A stretch of DNA of 64,000 nt from Octopus sinensis (lineage: Eukaryota), in the NCBI RefSeq assembly GCF_006345805.1, contig NC_043003.1:81716001-81780000 (forward strand). The letters are read 5' to 3'. Positions within the stretch are counted from its first letter, which is position 1, and every line of letters begins with the position of its first letter. This document shows positions 29,599-44,749 of this stretch, in pieces. The notes under the pieces are model-generated. The model saw only the letters and a list, made by a program, of their open reading frames with translations. It had not been told where the DNA came from and made no database searches. The translations under genes and the position numbers were made by a program.

Positions 29599-31162
29599 AA
29601 ATAATATATATGCATATAATATATGGGTAGTCCTTTATTGTTCACACACACGGAGAAACACGCACACACATTTCTATGTTTAACTAGTTGCCTGAATTAG
29701 CTTATAAATTTTGGCCAATTCAAAATACACTAAAAGGAAAAATACAGACAGTTAAGTGAAGTAATTATATTAGTTTATATACGTTCTTCTACTGATATGC
29801 TTATATTAATGCCTTTAGTTGTATATTCTTTATCTTCGCAATTCATTTATATAAAAGTGAAAAAAAGTAATACTGACTGCAAGTAAAGATATTTAGGACA
29901 GGAAACAAAAATTCAATATATATTTTATATATTTCCTTTTGTAGATTATACTTAAAAAATATCGGAAAAAAATGCAATCAAATTTTATTTCAAAAACTGA
30001 TTCAGTAAAAATAAGAATATTTATTGAAATGAAGATTAGTCATCTTTGAAATGCTCAGAGTATTGCAAATAGATTGCTTTAATATTAAATATCTAGAGTC
30101 AATGTCCATAAAAATTTTACTAAATTTATTGTTTGTGGAAGAATGAGTGAACACGGTATGTAGGTACACGTGGTATACAAAACAACACATGTATGAATTC
30201 ACACGCACACACAAATTTATATATATATATATACGTAGTTGTATACATTTATACATTTAATTGTGTATATAGAAATCAATACCACCGAGCGTACAGAAAC
30301 GTTTACATATATAAGAATGCATAATTATTTATGTAGACATGATTATCAACACACACACGCATACACAGAATGTGTGTGCGTAGGAGTGTGCACACGTCTA
30401 TACACGAGCACATGTGTGTGTGTGTATGTGTGTGTGTAAGTAGCTGTTGGTCTTTGTCGCCTGAATGACACGTGGCGTGCAACTGCGTAGAGATGTTTTC
30501 ATTATTCAGCTGTTTCTACTAAATATCTTTATATTTCGAATGTTCTTTCCCGAGGCTGTTTTAAAATAATTCTGTTGGACCTAATTATATGAATATATAT
30601 TGTTCGGAATATCAATTTTGTTTACACCTCACTGATAATGTACAGATACGTACATATACACATGCTCTCGCAGACACCACTTCACGCATGTATACATAAA
30701 CACACACGGTTTTTGTATTGTACTAAAGATGTACAAATACGATACTAAAATTTTATGAATATAAAAACAATCTGCACTCCTCCATTTACCTTATCTAGAG
30801 TGCAGATACATTTTTATCATTTTATGAGGTAAAACAAATACAGATATTTGCAAAAATACAAAAATACGATAAACATACTGCGACTGTCAAGGGAAGGTGA
30901 TAGAAACAAGAAAATGAATATCATTTATATATATGAGATATATATATCAATTTGTGGGTGTGAGATTCTTGTGTGTGTGTGTCTCTGAGTGTGTGTGTGT
31001 GCGTGTATGTGTCCGTGTATGTGTATGTGCTTCTGTGTAAGCGTGTGTGTGTGTATTTCTATGCAGTTACATCAGAATCTAATTCTTTATCTGTCCGTCT
31101 TTCTGTCTGCCTGTCTGCCTCTCTCTCTTATTTTTAACAATATTGGTACTGATTTTAGTGAC

Positions 31163-31216
<54 letters not shown>

Positions 31217-31559
31217 GTTGTGTGTGTGTGTGTATATATGTATATATATATATATGTATATATATATATGTATATATATGTATATATATATATATATATA
31301 TATACATACATACACACACATGAATTGCTACTTGCTTGTTTCATACTTTTGCTTAATGGGACCGGGGTTATCCCAGGTTACTGGTCCAAAAGACATCATC
31401 ATGCGTCATAAATATTTATGTATATATATATATTTTAATTGGATTTTTATATTTTATATTTTATATTTTCTATATATTTTTTAATTAATTTTATTTCTAT
31501 GTATTGGCTTATGATTTTCACTGTTTGATTTACCTAGTAGTGGTTTTATCTCTAATTTA

Positions 31560-31627
<68 letters not shown>

Positions 31628-31772
31628 TATTTGAGTAGTTGAATGAATTATCTTTTTATGGATAATTCGGTTAACCGATACCAGGGTAGCAAATTCACGT
31701 CAGAAAAACACGGTTGAAGCTACATGCCTAGGGCAGAGATCATGTGCTTTCGTGTGGAAATTTGTGTGTTTT

Positions 31773-31855
31773 TTTTCCCGATGAGAAGGCGGCATAATGC
31801 ACCCCTTATTCCTTCGTAATTAGGAATATGCAGCCTTCGAAACATATGTCGAAAA
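31773..31855 (+). ncRNA. Type I hammerhead motif (U4->C) inside a ~280-bp PLE-type solo pLTR bounded by (TA)n
   Basis: TTTTC-CCGATGA-GAAGGC..GCCTTC-GAAAC-ATAT-GTC-GAAAA. Perfect 5-bp stem I and 6-bp stem II base. The element spans ~31625-31900. Confidence 0.75.
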
Positions 31856-31899
31856 TAAAGGAATTTTGTTAATTCGTCGTTCAACTCTATTCTTTCATT

Positions 31900-31943
<44 letters not shown>

Positions 31944-31944
31944 T

Positions 31945-32840
31945 ACTTGAGTAGTAGTCGATCTGATGTGTAAGTTGACCCCCTATTTTGGGCCAGGATT
32001 TGCGAATTTTCCATAGTAATGTTGACTCTAGTATTTCACAAAAGACATGACAACATTTGTGGGTGAATGTTCCGCATATTGTTCGTAAAAATAACACTGT
32101 TACAAAATTGTCTGGCTACGTTACTGTAGCCTGATCAATAGGTGGAATGCTTGGTGCTCATAATGGAATACTCGGTCTCCATTTAAAAGCGAGCACTACT
32201 CATGTATTGATGGGTGCAACATCAACATTACTAAAATGACTGGTTGTGCCATGAATTCGATTCCTACTCCTTACTCGAAGTTATTCCTGGTCGTTCGGGC
32301 GGTTTGAGGCTTTTGGTTGTCTTGCTGTAGAAGAGCACGTTCTCTGACCATAAAAGCTGGGTATTTTCGCTGTACTGTGGCATATATCTGCTCCAGCTGT
32401 AAAGATTGGCATCAGTGGTTTAGATACCCAGAACCTGCTCATGGTGAATTATCCACTCACAATTGCACCAAAATGAGAGCATAGCCTTATGTTCGACACG
32501 CTTATATCTGACGGAAAATTCTGGAAGATGGCCATTGCTTAATTTCTGTTAATGCACGCTAAGTTTGTGGAAAAATATCTTCCACGTATTATTACTTTTT
32601 GTCCGCCCAATGGGTCACCTCCTGAACTAGCAACAAAAGATCGACGAAGAGTAGATGGAAGATTCGGTGAAAGAGTTTTTGTCCCGATTTGTTTGACAAA
32701 AAGAACTGGCATCAGCATGGCATCAAGGAAGTTGCAGAAATGTGGTTTCATACGGTGCAACGCAATGGCCTCTACTCTGAATGCTAGGTCGCTTTTGTTA
32801 TAACTAGACAAATACAGCAAGATACTAAAATATTGCAGAA
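31945..32840 (-). mobile_element. pogo-like DNA transposon remnant
   Basis: Terminus TACTTGAGTAGTAGTCGA..TAAGTTGACCCCTATTTTGG resembles pogo TIRs. Minus frames show DLAFRVEAIAL (resembles YD.AFKL.AI) and HGTTSH..VDV (resembles GGTTS.LQPLDV). Confidence 0.5.
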
Positions 32841-32887
32841 GGTTTTACTAACACGCTATGTATGTATATATATATATAATATATATA

Positions 32888-32975
32888 TAGTCGCAGGAGT
32901 GGCCGTGTGGTAAGTTGCTTGCTAACCAACCACATGGTTGAGGGTTCAGTCCCACTGCGTGGCATCTTGGGCATC
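32888..32975 (+). mobile_element. 3'-truncated SINE head (family of 15076-15492)
   Basis: CGCAGGAGTGGCCGTGTGGTAAG..GGGTTCAGTCCCACTGCGTGGCATCTTGGGCA. Confidence 0.85.
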
Positions 32976-33247
32976 GACAACAGATTGCATTCCCAGAATA
33001 CAGAATGATACCTTTTAGTGAGCACATTGAGAAATGCGCAAAGAAACTACTACCACAATTTTTAATCTTTCCATTTTACAAATGTGCTATCGGAACACCA
33101 ACACAAATTAGACTAAACAAGGAAACATTCTTCAGACATAATGACTCAAATATATATTTTTTAATCTTTTAAAACAAGCCTTCTGTAGTTTTTTCACTTT
33201 TTACTATTTTCTATATATATATTATATAATAGATATATATATAGATG

Positions 33248-33303
<56 letters not shown>

Positions 33304-34177
33304 TATATATATATTATATATATATATATATATTATATATATATAGATATATAGATATAGATAGATAGATATATATTGAGACATCTTGCGTTGATCGAGA
33401 CTTCAAAACTTTATCTGACGCTTTATGTAGTTGACGGGTTGAATGAATTGTCAAGTAAATTTTAAGCTTCCAGTGAATACGAATTTGTAATATACATATA
33501 AGTCTGAGCGTGTGTATATCTGCTAAACAAATTAAATTCTATCTCTACATTTTGATGGATACGTTGATATATTCATGCAATAAATCATGCATGCACCTGT
33601 AAAAATATTCAAATATTAAACCATATACGAATCTAGAACGTTTATGCAATAGGAGTGATTAGAATATAGATACATTGCTTAACTTCCATTTTCTTTATCT
33701 TAATGGACATAACGATTGAATATTTTTCAACTATGATCTTTCTGAACATCACAGTATCACTTTCAATATGTACATAACCGTTCCGTTACCTAGCTCACAC
33801 ATAACTACTTTATTGTATTTATAAGTTGCAAAATGTAATATTATATGTTAATAATTTCAGTCGTGTAACTTTGTGTGACAATAAAGTATTATTGCAAATA
33901 TTATTTCTTTATTGTTATGCAAAGCAATTATATATACATTGGTATCTGAGTCATCGAGTAGTTTCTATACAGCTATCTGAACTTCCTCATCAATGCATCA
34001 CTACATGTCTGATATACATAACTTCCAAACACTTCCGGGTGGGAAAAACCTTTTATTCAGATTCAAATGCTGAGAGTGGAGAATTAGTGTTAATCAAATT
34101 AAATTACTGGATGTCCTATCTATCTGACTCTCCATATCGCATGTCCTTATTTGCATACATACATACATGTACATATA

Positions 34178-34267
<90 letters not shown>

Positions 34268-34312
34268 CTATATATGTATGTACATATGTATGTACATATG
34301 TCATATGTATGT

Positions 34313-34347
<35 letters not shown>

Positions 34348-35388
34348 GATTTATATATATATATATAATATATGTACATATGTATGTATATATATACATA
34401 TATATGTATATATGTACATATATATGCATATATATATAGAGAGAGAGAGAGGGAGAGAGATGTATATATATATATATATTATATATATATATATATATGT
34501 ACATATATATATATATTATATATATACACGTATATATACAAGTGTACTGAAGTCAAAAGATCCTGTTCTAAACGAGATTAGAGTTTTGTACTTTGAAATT
34601 TATAAATGATTCACCTGAGAAATTTTTCAAATCTTTTGAAATGTGCCTTGTACGTATCTTCTCATTTGAGTTCTTTCAAAGTTCTTTTTACGATAGCTTA
34701 AGTCGGTTGCTAAGAAAACGACACATATTTTACAGTTCCCGGTGTTTGTAATTATGTAACTGAGTTGCTGTATTCGTTGAGATGTCGATACACGCAGCCA
34801 GGTGTGCGTATCTATTCATCTAAAGAATCTCAAATGTTGAAAATTTGAATCTTTTGAAAATCCTACAAATCTTCATGGTGTTAACAGTCTGATTTTGGAT
34901 CATTGGTACATTTTGGTATATTACTTTTCAACTGATGAAGTTTACTGGCGTAATTACTTTGGTGAAAAATTTGCAAATATTGGGTATTTATTATTCCAAT
35001 ATTAATAAATTTTCTTCACGGCGCTTATCAAGGGATCTTTCTCAGCCTTTCGGAAGTAATGATGTAGATATTTTGCACCTCGAAATCCCACTGGAAATTT
35101 TATCGGTAGTTCTGTGATCTGAGATTGGTGACTCCAAATACTTTCGTCGCCATGGCATATGTATAGAACTTTTCTACATGGTATGTATCTCGCTGTTTCA
35201 TTACTGCTGTGATCTTTTGAAAAACAGGTTATTTCTCTATCAATTATTCAAACAAGATAACCGTATCTTTTACCACGCTTGTTTTAAAGTCAAAAATCAT
35301 AGGGGATAGTATTCACTATCCGGCAAAAGGAATAGTTCTTTATGCTAACGTGTCTGAATTCGACACCATGTCTGTGTCTATGTGTGTG

Positions 35389-35433
<45 letters not shown>

Positions 35434-35865
35434 CACGCATACATATACATACATATATAAATGCATCTCTCTCTCTCTCTCTCTTTCTCTCTGAACACAC
35501 ACACATACATAAATACTAGTGATATTGTTATCGCTGTTGTCATAGCCATTACTAGCGTCATCATCATTAACATCTGAATCGAACTGCCATAGGATTCAGG
35601 AAGAGGTAAGCCTTGCGTAGAAAATGAGTGTGTAACGACTACTTTGAGATTAGGATATGATCAAATCATCCGAGAGGTGCAGAGGCAGTGATAATTAGTA
35701 TAGGCTGGGTTTGACGAAGAGAAAGAAAATGAGAACTTAGTTTCTGTGTATTTGTTAAAGATACATGTAGTGAATTTGACTAAATGCTTCTATCTCGCAC
35801 CGCTGTGTGTGTGAGAGAGAGAGAGAGAGTTTACGTTTATAAATAAGCACACATAGTAGAATTAG

Positions 35866-36004
35866 TGTTGGTGGTGGTGGTGATGATGGTGGTGGTGGTG
35901 GTGATGCTGGTGGTAGTAGTTGTAGTGGTGGTGGTGGTGGTCGTCGTCGTGGGGTGGTAGTAGTAGTAGTAGTAGTAGTAAGTAGCTGTTGCTGTTTTAG
36001 TGAC

Positions 36005-36046
<42 letters not shown>
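35866..36046. repeat. Compound trinucleotide array (GGT/GAT/CGT/AGT)n
   Basis: Direct reading. Confidence 0.9.
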
Positions 36047-36899
36047 AAGAGCACTACAATAACTTTACATTCGAGGGAGGTCATAGCATCAAATCAGATT
36101 ACTCATATATTGCCTAAAATAAACAACGGGTAGCAACAGGTCCGGATAAGATTCTACACTTCTGGTTCAAGCATCCTCTGTGTAAAGATCAATTCCATAT
36201 CAATAAGTCAAGACTGATGATTAGAGTGTGAGGGAGAAAGGTTTGGAGATGGCATGAATTGTTTACCAGAAGGTTTTGACAGTATTCCTTATCAATGAAT
36301 CTTGCAAACACTAATCATAAATAAGGTAGTGCCAGCAATAAGATACAGGAAACATATTATGACCAAATGACAGATAAGTTTGAAGATATAAGTGAATGAG
36401 GGAATCGTAGAATCTAAATCCATGTATGTCTTTCTTATGTATCTCCTCTTCCCGTTAATTCTTCTGTCTAGATTTAAATCTTTAGTCAACGTGTTATGGT
36501 AAAATAAATAGCCTCCTTTTGAATATTGAAAAATATTGAAGAACTGAAGGAGTGCGCTGCAACTGAAAAACGTATTGAAAATGTACCAGAGAAATTCGAA
36601 TTAGAAAAATACGCCAAGATAAACTAAAGACAGTAAAATTTATTTTGATCACAAATATCATGAGACATGAAGTATACCGAAATAAGTGACTTACATCAGA
36701 CACAGTCATACACTTATCTAAGAGTCAATGAATCAAACAGTGTATAATACACAAAAGGTGAAGAAAACTAGAAACTACCAAAAGCAGATTCTGTAACTGC
36801 AGAACTGTTGACGAAATAAACAAGCAGGTTGTCTGTGTTTTCCCAGTTTTAGCCAAGAACATTACATGAACACGATTTAGAAAATTTGGACACAAAAAC

Positions 36900-37360
36900 A
36901 GGCCTCGGTGAATAATAAAGCAACTGTATTCTGAGATATACCAATACGATGAGAAAGAGAGATCAAGGTTAACCGAAGATTTATTGTTGTAAGGACCACA
37001 ACGAAAGCAAATTACTCTTATTCAAAGTATCAATCTCAACGGATGATAAAAAAATAGAAACACACACAGCAACCATGCTATGAATTATACCGCCAAAGGC
37101 AAAGAGATCAATAGTAACAGACCGGATATTGTTGTTACGGAGGTCCGAAGAATAGTTCCTTTTTATTCAGCCCCAGCTGACGAAAATGCATTCTTCAAGG
37201 AAATGGAGAATGTATTCAAATTAATAGATAAGCATATGAAAATAGAAATATAATCGCTGTTACAAATATGGGGGGAAAATGAAACGAAACCTGCTTGCTT
37301 GCAAGACAACTTATATCGCAGGTTATGACATAAGGTGTCTTGGAAATGAATTAAAATTCA
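36900..37360 (+). mobile_element. Very old R4/Dong-like REL-domain remnant
   Basis: AATAGTAACAGACCGGATATTGTTGTT encodes NSNRPDIVV, a REL motif. The surroundings are heavily decayed. Confidence 0.35.
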
Positions 37361-38083
37361 AACAAAATATAAGCTAGGTATAGTATTAGAACAAATAAAT
37401 AGTAACTAAGGTACACAGGCTTTCTCTCAATTGTGCAGCGAAACACTGCTATGATGGAGAAATTTAATATTGTTCTGGTGCCTATGTATTCCAACAACTG
37501 TATCACTTAATCGGTGGCTGTTCATGGAAAGAAATTATAACATATCTTATTGACTGATATCAAGTAGACGTATTGCCTATATCTAAGAATGAAATGCCAT
37601 GTAGCGTGAGGCACATCATTGAATTTTCACAGCTCCTAATCTCAATAAGATGTGTAAAACTTTACTCTTATACTTGCCGTATTTCACTAAAATTCACGAA
37701 GGATTTGTTGCTTCTACGTAGCTCTGTGTTGCACATTTTGTCGTCGTTTATCACATACTAGATCTTATTGAACCTTTCCATATCCTTGCAGCCTTGACAT
37801 TTTCTACAAACATGTAGCAAGAGCCTTAACTCACTCTCAGAAAACCTCTACTAATCAACGTGTCATACTGGATGCTGTCACAAGAAGGATCTGCCTTCGT
37901 AAATATTCAGAAAGGCACTGGTGGAACAGTCCTAAACTTAGATTGACCTAGAGACCAATACAGTTGAAGAAATAATCTATGAAAATTAATAACTACGCAT
38001 CTGTCACTAAGCATCATATATGACAAATAATACCAGATTACAGGTGTGCATAACACACAATATCTTCCTTAATTGGGTTAACC

Positions 38084-38138
<55 letters not shown>

Positions 38139-38895
38139 TTGTTATCATTTATACAACTCATGAAACTCTAAATGTATTTGTATTTTAAACATTTCAATTG
38201 AATTTACTGAAATATGCTAAACTTTACTTCTTCACGAATTTTGATGAGTTTAAAATTCAAAAGGTATATCATGTACGTGAGTTTAATTTCCTTTCACTTT
38301 TAAAAACAATAAAAATATTAAAGTTCTAGCTTTCTGCACTACTACACAAAATCGTACTTATGCAAAAATTACATCGTTCTAGTATTTAAGCATATTTCTC
38401 TTAGTATATTTTCGTCGTCTATCTCCCAGGTCTACTTTCAACTCAATTTCAGTGCATATTTCATTTAGAAATAATCTGAATTGAAAAATATTTCTTCCGT
38501 AAATGTGAATGTAAAGAAAATGATACTATTAACACAACGTATTAAAACACAAAGTACTTTATTGATGGCTCTGCTTTTCATGCTAAATAACTCAGATTAA
38601 TTTCACTGCTCTTCACAGAACACTTAGCTCCGCAAATCTTGAAACACTACATTCACATATACACACACACATGTAAAAGCAGAGGGTACAGAGTTTTCTT
38701 TACAGTTCAAGTCTGAGACAGTCCAACTGCGTCAAGTAGAAATGTTCATTCAATGATAACAGTTTTCACATATTCACCTGATATTTAGTGATTTTAATTT
38801 CATTGTTACTTCCTTGGTAGTGTTTTTCTTTCTTTTCTAAATTCTTTTCGTTCAGTTAACTGAAAATGTGTTTATATGGGAGTATGTGTGTGTAC

Positions 38896-39391
<496 letters not shown>

Positions 39392-40337
39392 ATATATATA
39401 TATATATATACACACACGCACGAGCACACACACACACCTTGTCCAGTATAGAGCTTTGTGATGTGATATTAAGAAATAACCCCCGCCAAAAAAAAATGAA
39501 GTTACTCCTTTCATTTCAGCTCTACCTCACCTGGTTCATACACACTATTTTAGTTTATTTCAAAGTACTAACATATTGTATTGCTATAATTGGATTTAGG
39601 ACATTTAATTTTATACATAATTGACAGAATGCTACCTGTTAAAAATGGAGGAACAAAAATATAGCTTTGCTCTTACGGAAAATGAAATGTTTTAAATATT
39701 GTTAAAACTATCTATTGGGCATTTATTTCTGGCAAAATAATTGAATGTAATTGAAAAACAGCGTGCAAATATATAAACCGCACAATTATATTTATTCTAC
39801 AGTCTACAATAAAGCGGTTTAATACATAAGACATACGAAATCTAGTGTTAATAATTATGCATAAATTTATAGCAATGTCATAGAAAACGTATATAAAGAA
39901 CTTATTCATAGTTTCTGCTTGGAATTCATGAAACGTATATGCAGAGTATATAAGCGTGGTTGTTTATTCAAAAAGTTCATATTAATTCAGCATTTTACCA
40001 TATTTTATTTAAATATTTTTTTCAGTAGTGCGGATGCATACACGTTAATTTGTCACTACCGTCGGGATTTCACTCAAAATACTTCAATTTTCTCTTGATT
40101 TTATTTAAAATACTATATAATTATTATATATTCTTTAGTTAATATGCTCTGATAGTCATTAACCCTCGTCTTAAAATATGCAACGTTGTGTTTCTTGCAT
40201 GACAATAATATCTGAAAATTATAAGCAACTAAAGCAGAACTAACTTAGCTATCTACGTATCATGCGTAATATATCTATATCGTTATGAGGCAAGCTAATG
40301 CAGTGTTCGTCTAGAAACAACATCTCTTATGGATTAT

Positions 40338-40895
40338 GTTTAAAAACAGAGCATATAAATGAGGAGGATGAAAATCGCCTCAGCAGAGGCTAACCAGAAA
40401 GCCAGATTCATATCAACCTCTCCTATCCGATATCTATTGTCTGCTTTAAAAGCAGCATATCCATAGGATATTATTTCTGGACTAATAGCACAGTAAATTG
40501 ATTCTGAACAATGTATATGCATTAAGTATTATACATAGTTGATTGTTTAATCATACAGCTGTGTATACCGGGCTTTTATTAAGCTGAACAGCTGTTCGTA
40601 GTACATTTGAAAGTTCAATTCATTGTTTTATATAATATACTGCGAGTGATAATTGTCGTCTAGGTATATGGATGGTGCTGAGTATATGCTGTTGATGAAG
40701 CACAACTAGGCCGAAATACATCGAGCATTTGCACTAGCTGTTGCTGTGCCGCATTTCGTGTCCTTCCATTATATATATATAAATAACGTTTAGAAACAGA
40801 ACATATATGTGCGGAAGACGAAAATCGCCTCAGCAGCGGCTAACCAGAAGGCCAGATTCATATAAGACTCCCCTATCCGATATACATTGTCTGTC
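40338..40895 (+). repeat. ~105-bp direct repeats ~450 bp apart, with a degenerate HHR-like motif between them
   Basis: GAAAATCGCCTCAGCAG.GGCTAACCAGAA.GCCAGATTCATAT..CCTATCCGATAT..ATTGTCTG occurs at ~40338-40443 and ~40787-40892. ATGCT-G-TTGATGAAGC..GGCCGAAAT..AGCAT at 40686-40728. Confidence 0.6.
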
Positions 40896-41069
40896 TTGTT
40901 GCCTGTCTCGCTTCTCTATTTGTTTCTTTCGTTGTTCGAAAAAAAGTTTTCTGTTTTCTGTGCTTTTGTTTTTTATGCTCTTGTTTCTTATTTTGTTGAG
41001 GGTTTTTTATGTCCTGTACTGATAAATGCATGTGCATGTATATATACATATAAATGTAGGCGTGTACAT

Positions 41070-41855
41070 ATTTATCAGATTAAGATAAACAAAGTTCTTC
41101 TTTAATCTATAATATATTCCCTTCGTTTTCTACAATGCTTTTCCATCTATCTGGTAGACTTGCAAGGCCGCTCTTCCTAAATTCACTTGTCCCTGACAAA
41201 AAATGCTCCTCCAGGATTTTCTGACCTCGTCTGCAAAATTCATATTATTTCCGTCCACTTGACTTTGAAGACCGTAGAGTAAATGATAATCAGGTGGGTC
41301 AATGTCCAGCAAACTTGTTGGAAGGGGCATCGTTTCCCATTCAAACAGTTCCAGACTTTGGAAAGTCATCCTCGCTGTATGTGTCCGAGCATTATCCTGA
41401 AGGAAGAACATCTTTCGTCTTGAAATCAAAGATGGTCAATCTCCGATAGCCCGGAAGTGTCTATGAATGACCAAATCCAAGCTTCTCTGCTAGTTCTTCA
41501 ACAGTTACGATAGGATTTTGTTCCACCTGGTTTTGCAGAGCGTCCTAGCCGACTTCAATAGATCTTCCAGCACGAGGCTCATCTTCTTGGCTAGTTTCTA
41601 CCTCGTAATTTCTGGAACCGCCTTTGACACAGGCTTACGCTTATTGTCCGATCCCCAAATACTACATTAATATTCCTCGCATAAAGCAATATATGCCGAA
41701 TATGTTCCTTTGTCACTTCCATTATAGCTTTGAAAATATAACTGTTAAAATCGAACTGCACTCTTCAAACTTGCACTAAGAATAAGCACAAGGTAAAATT
41801 GCTATCTGCTTGTATAGCAAGTCGACGCATATAGTTTATCCGATCCACCTTCGGC
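41070..41855 (-). mobile_element. Internally deleted mariner element
   Basis: KEHIRHILLY..EDEPRAGR N-terminus, plus FLQDNARTH..DIDPPDYHLL (DD34D region; ORF 41130-41429). Confidence 0.85.
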
Positions 41856-42639
41856 TTTTAGTTCATGCAATTGAAAAAACGTCTTATTTATGGGATGACT
41901 CAATATGACTTATTGCGATGTAATAAATGTTTAGCTTGTATTTAGGTCGTAACATCTGCAATATATGAGACTGTCTCTTATATACTTTCTTGTATATTAT
42001 AAAAGAAGTACTAACTTATTATCTCAATGAAATAAAATAGTACTTGCCTTCTCCTGAATAATGCACCTGACTTATACTAATTTGTATACAGGAAATATTT
42101 AGTTTCTTTCGTTTTGTTTCTTTTTATGTATATGGAATTATGCACCTATTATTAAAATTTTATCCTGAAAACAACAAAAGAAAAAGAAGCAAAAACGAAA
42201 AAGGCCCTTTTGGCATGTGTCTATTCATACTGAAAACGTTGGGACAGATATTTAAGTAGATTAAAGCAATGATAATGTTTCCTGAAACAATACGTTTGTA
42301 GTTACAATATAATTTGGTTGGACAAATAGGTTTCAGGTTCAGGAAATATCGCACTTTTTATTTAACATACCAAATATTACGATAATAAACTTAATTTCAT
42401 GACGATCCTCTTTCCTTGAAGCATTGGATAGAAAGCGAGGATCTCAAACCCATAATTGAATCCATTTTGCGTTCAGAAATTATCAATAAAATATCTATTT
42501 ACTTGTAATATTATCGCTTCTATTACGTTGATTATATTTTAAATCTGTCCCTATAATGCTAGGAAATACATAACATACATTCAGTCTCTAAATTATATGC
42601 ATTAAATATTATATATTGCACACGTGGCGAACTTCCACT

Positions 42640-43300
42640 AAATCTCCCTTCACGAGTTTTACGACTCCTTCGGAAATACTTCTCGTTAATTCAAATCACC
42701 GAGGCCTCTGAATGTGATTCTGCCTCTAACAGAGTACACGGGAACTAGTTTTCATCATTGCTAATGTATTAAATTTTCTTTCTCGCTATCTCTTAAACCC
42801 ATCTCATCTCAAGCAGTGCGAAGTCTGCCACCAATCCGGCTATCGATCTATTGGTGTACTGTTATATCAAACATCTTGGACTTCGTAGTTGATAATCGGT
42901 ATCTTCATTATCTTCAATGTATCTCCTTCCTTAGCGATCGTCTGCACACTTTCCTAATAACCAGATCTACTGAAGAGCTTATAACATTCATCAGTGATCC
43001 CTCATTTGAAGAAGTCAAGGTAACAATATAGTTTTTTTTACATTAGCAATGAATTTCTTTGTGACTTCACTAATAAGTTTCAATTAATTTGTTTAGTTAA
43101 GGACATTATCTATGTCTTATTTCTGAAGATCTTCGTAAAATCACATAATCGAAGCTTATGCAGATGCTGTTCTTTCTGACTTCTATTTTTTCAGTTCTGA
43201 AGTCGTCTAAAGCCTAGTTAAGTCGTTCATATTCTTGTATTTGTATATTTCTTGATGGCATTCCTTAATTTAACGTATACAACCATAATCTTTAATCTGT
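42640..43300 (-). mobile_element. Possible old LINE (RTE-like) RT remnant
   Basis: Weak by-eye similarity only to the region after RT motif YADD. Confidence 0.25.
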
Positions 43301-43402
43301 AATCTAGCCTATATCACGGTCATGGACAGATAACTAAAACACCAATTTTTACATGACAAAAATGGATTTCAACTGCTCAATAATACCCGCACTGCAGATA
43401 TA

Positions 43403-43626
43403 TATTTCTTTACTACCCACAAGGGGCTAAACACAGAGAGGACAAACAAGGACAGACAAAGGGATTAAGTCGATTACATCGACCCCAGTGCGCAACTGGT
43501 ACTTAATTTATCGACCCCGAAAGAATGAAAGGCAAAGTCGACCTCGGCGGAATTTGAGCTCAGAACGTAACGGCAGACGAAACACGGCCACGCATTTCGC
43601 CCGGCGTGCTAACGTTTCTGCCAGCT
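43403..43626 (-). mobile_element. Young full-length tRNA-derived SINE with 15-bp TSD
   Basis: CGCACTGCAGATATA at 43388-43402 and 43627-43641. The body closely matches the reverse complement of 21146-21374. Confidence 0.92.
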
Positions 43627-44489
43627 CGCACTGCAGATATAAATGAATCAATAAGTGTGTAGTTATGTCTAAATGCAATTAAAACACCCCAAGGCTCTGC
43701 AAATAAAAGATACTAATATGAATGATGATCTCCACTGACAATCTCACATTTATGAAATTGCGAAAACTACTTGTGAAGTATGTGCTTCAATTCAAAACCA
43801 GAACGAGTGTTGACTCAACAAAATGCAGATGATATCCACTAGTATATCTAAGGTCTATATCGAAAACAGAAGTGTTTTTCGGTTGGCTTAGTTTCCAGGT
43901 TTCATTAGGTACAATCACGGACTTCTAGTTGGTTTTATGCTTAAAAGATCGTCTGTGATGATAAGATATTTGTTTTAATTTACATTTAGCCATCCAGAGG
44001 ACAAGTACTTGGTGAACTCGCAATCACACGTCAATACCTAACCTATAATTGCATGAGTTCGTCACTTCCTGCAACTTCTACTCTGCTCACAACTGGGTTC
44101 ACTCGACTCAACAGCCACGACATATCACGTCACATATTGCATTACTTCTCTGGAGATTGTAACTATCTCTGTTCTTCCGAATAATATTTTGTCTTGGAAA
44201 TTTCCATCTTCGCTATCGACTTTTGCTGCGTTCGTATGTATACAGCTGGTGTAGCTGAAGATCAACGGCACAATCCTGCCTAGTCTCGCAGGGCCTGCGA
44301 ATGTTAAGAATATTGTCACTAATTCTTTGCTAAAAGTCTTCACCTTTCTTCTCTTTGTTGAGTGTCATTACGTTTAGAAATCCAAATAGCAGTAAAGAGT
44401 CAAAACAAATTTATGCATACAAATTTATCACACGATATTGCACAGTAGGGATATGTATAGCCAGGAAGTATTTGCAGAGTATGTATTTC

Positions 44490-44569
<80 letters not shown>

Positions 44570-44584
44570 ATACACATACATACA

Positions 44585-44618
<34 letters not shown>

Positions 44619-44678
44619 CTGTGTGTGTGCGTGTAGGTATGTATGTATGAATCTATATAAATATATATATATATACAT

Positions 44679-44749
<71 letters not shown>

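Noticed and set aside
34560-35340. Possible Helitron or other transposase remnant
   Set aside because: By-eye similarity is too weak to assign.
44125-44343. 72-aa ORF with ARLGRIVPLI resembling an S4 segment
   Set aside because: The basic-residue periodicity is not sustained and there are no convincing splice sites.
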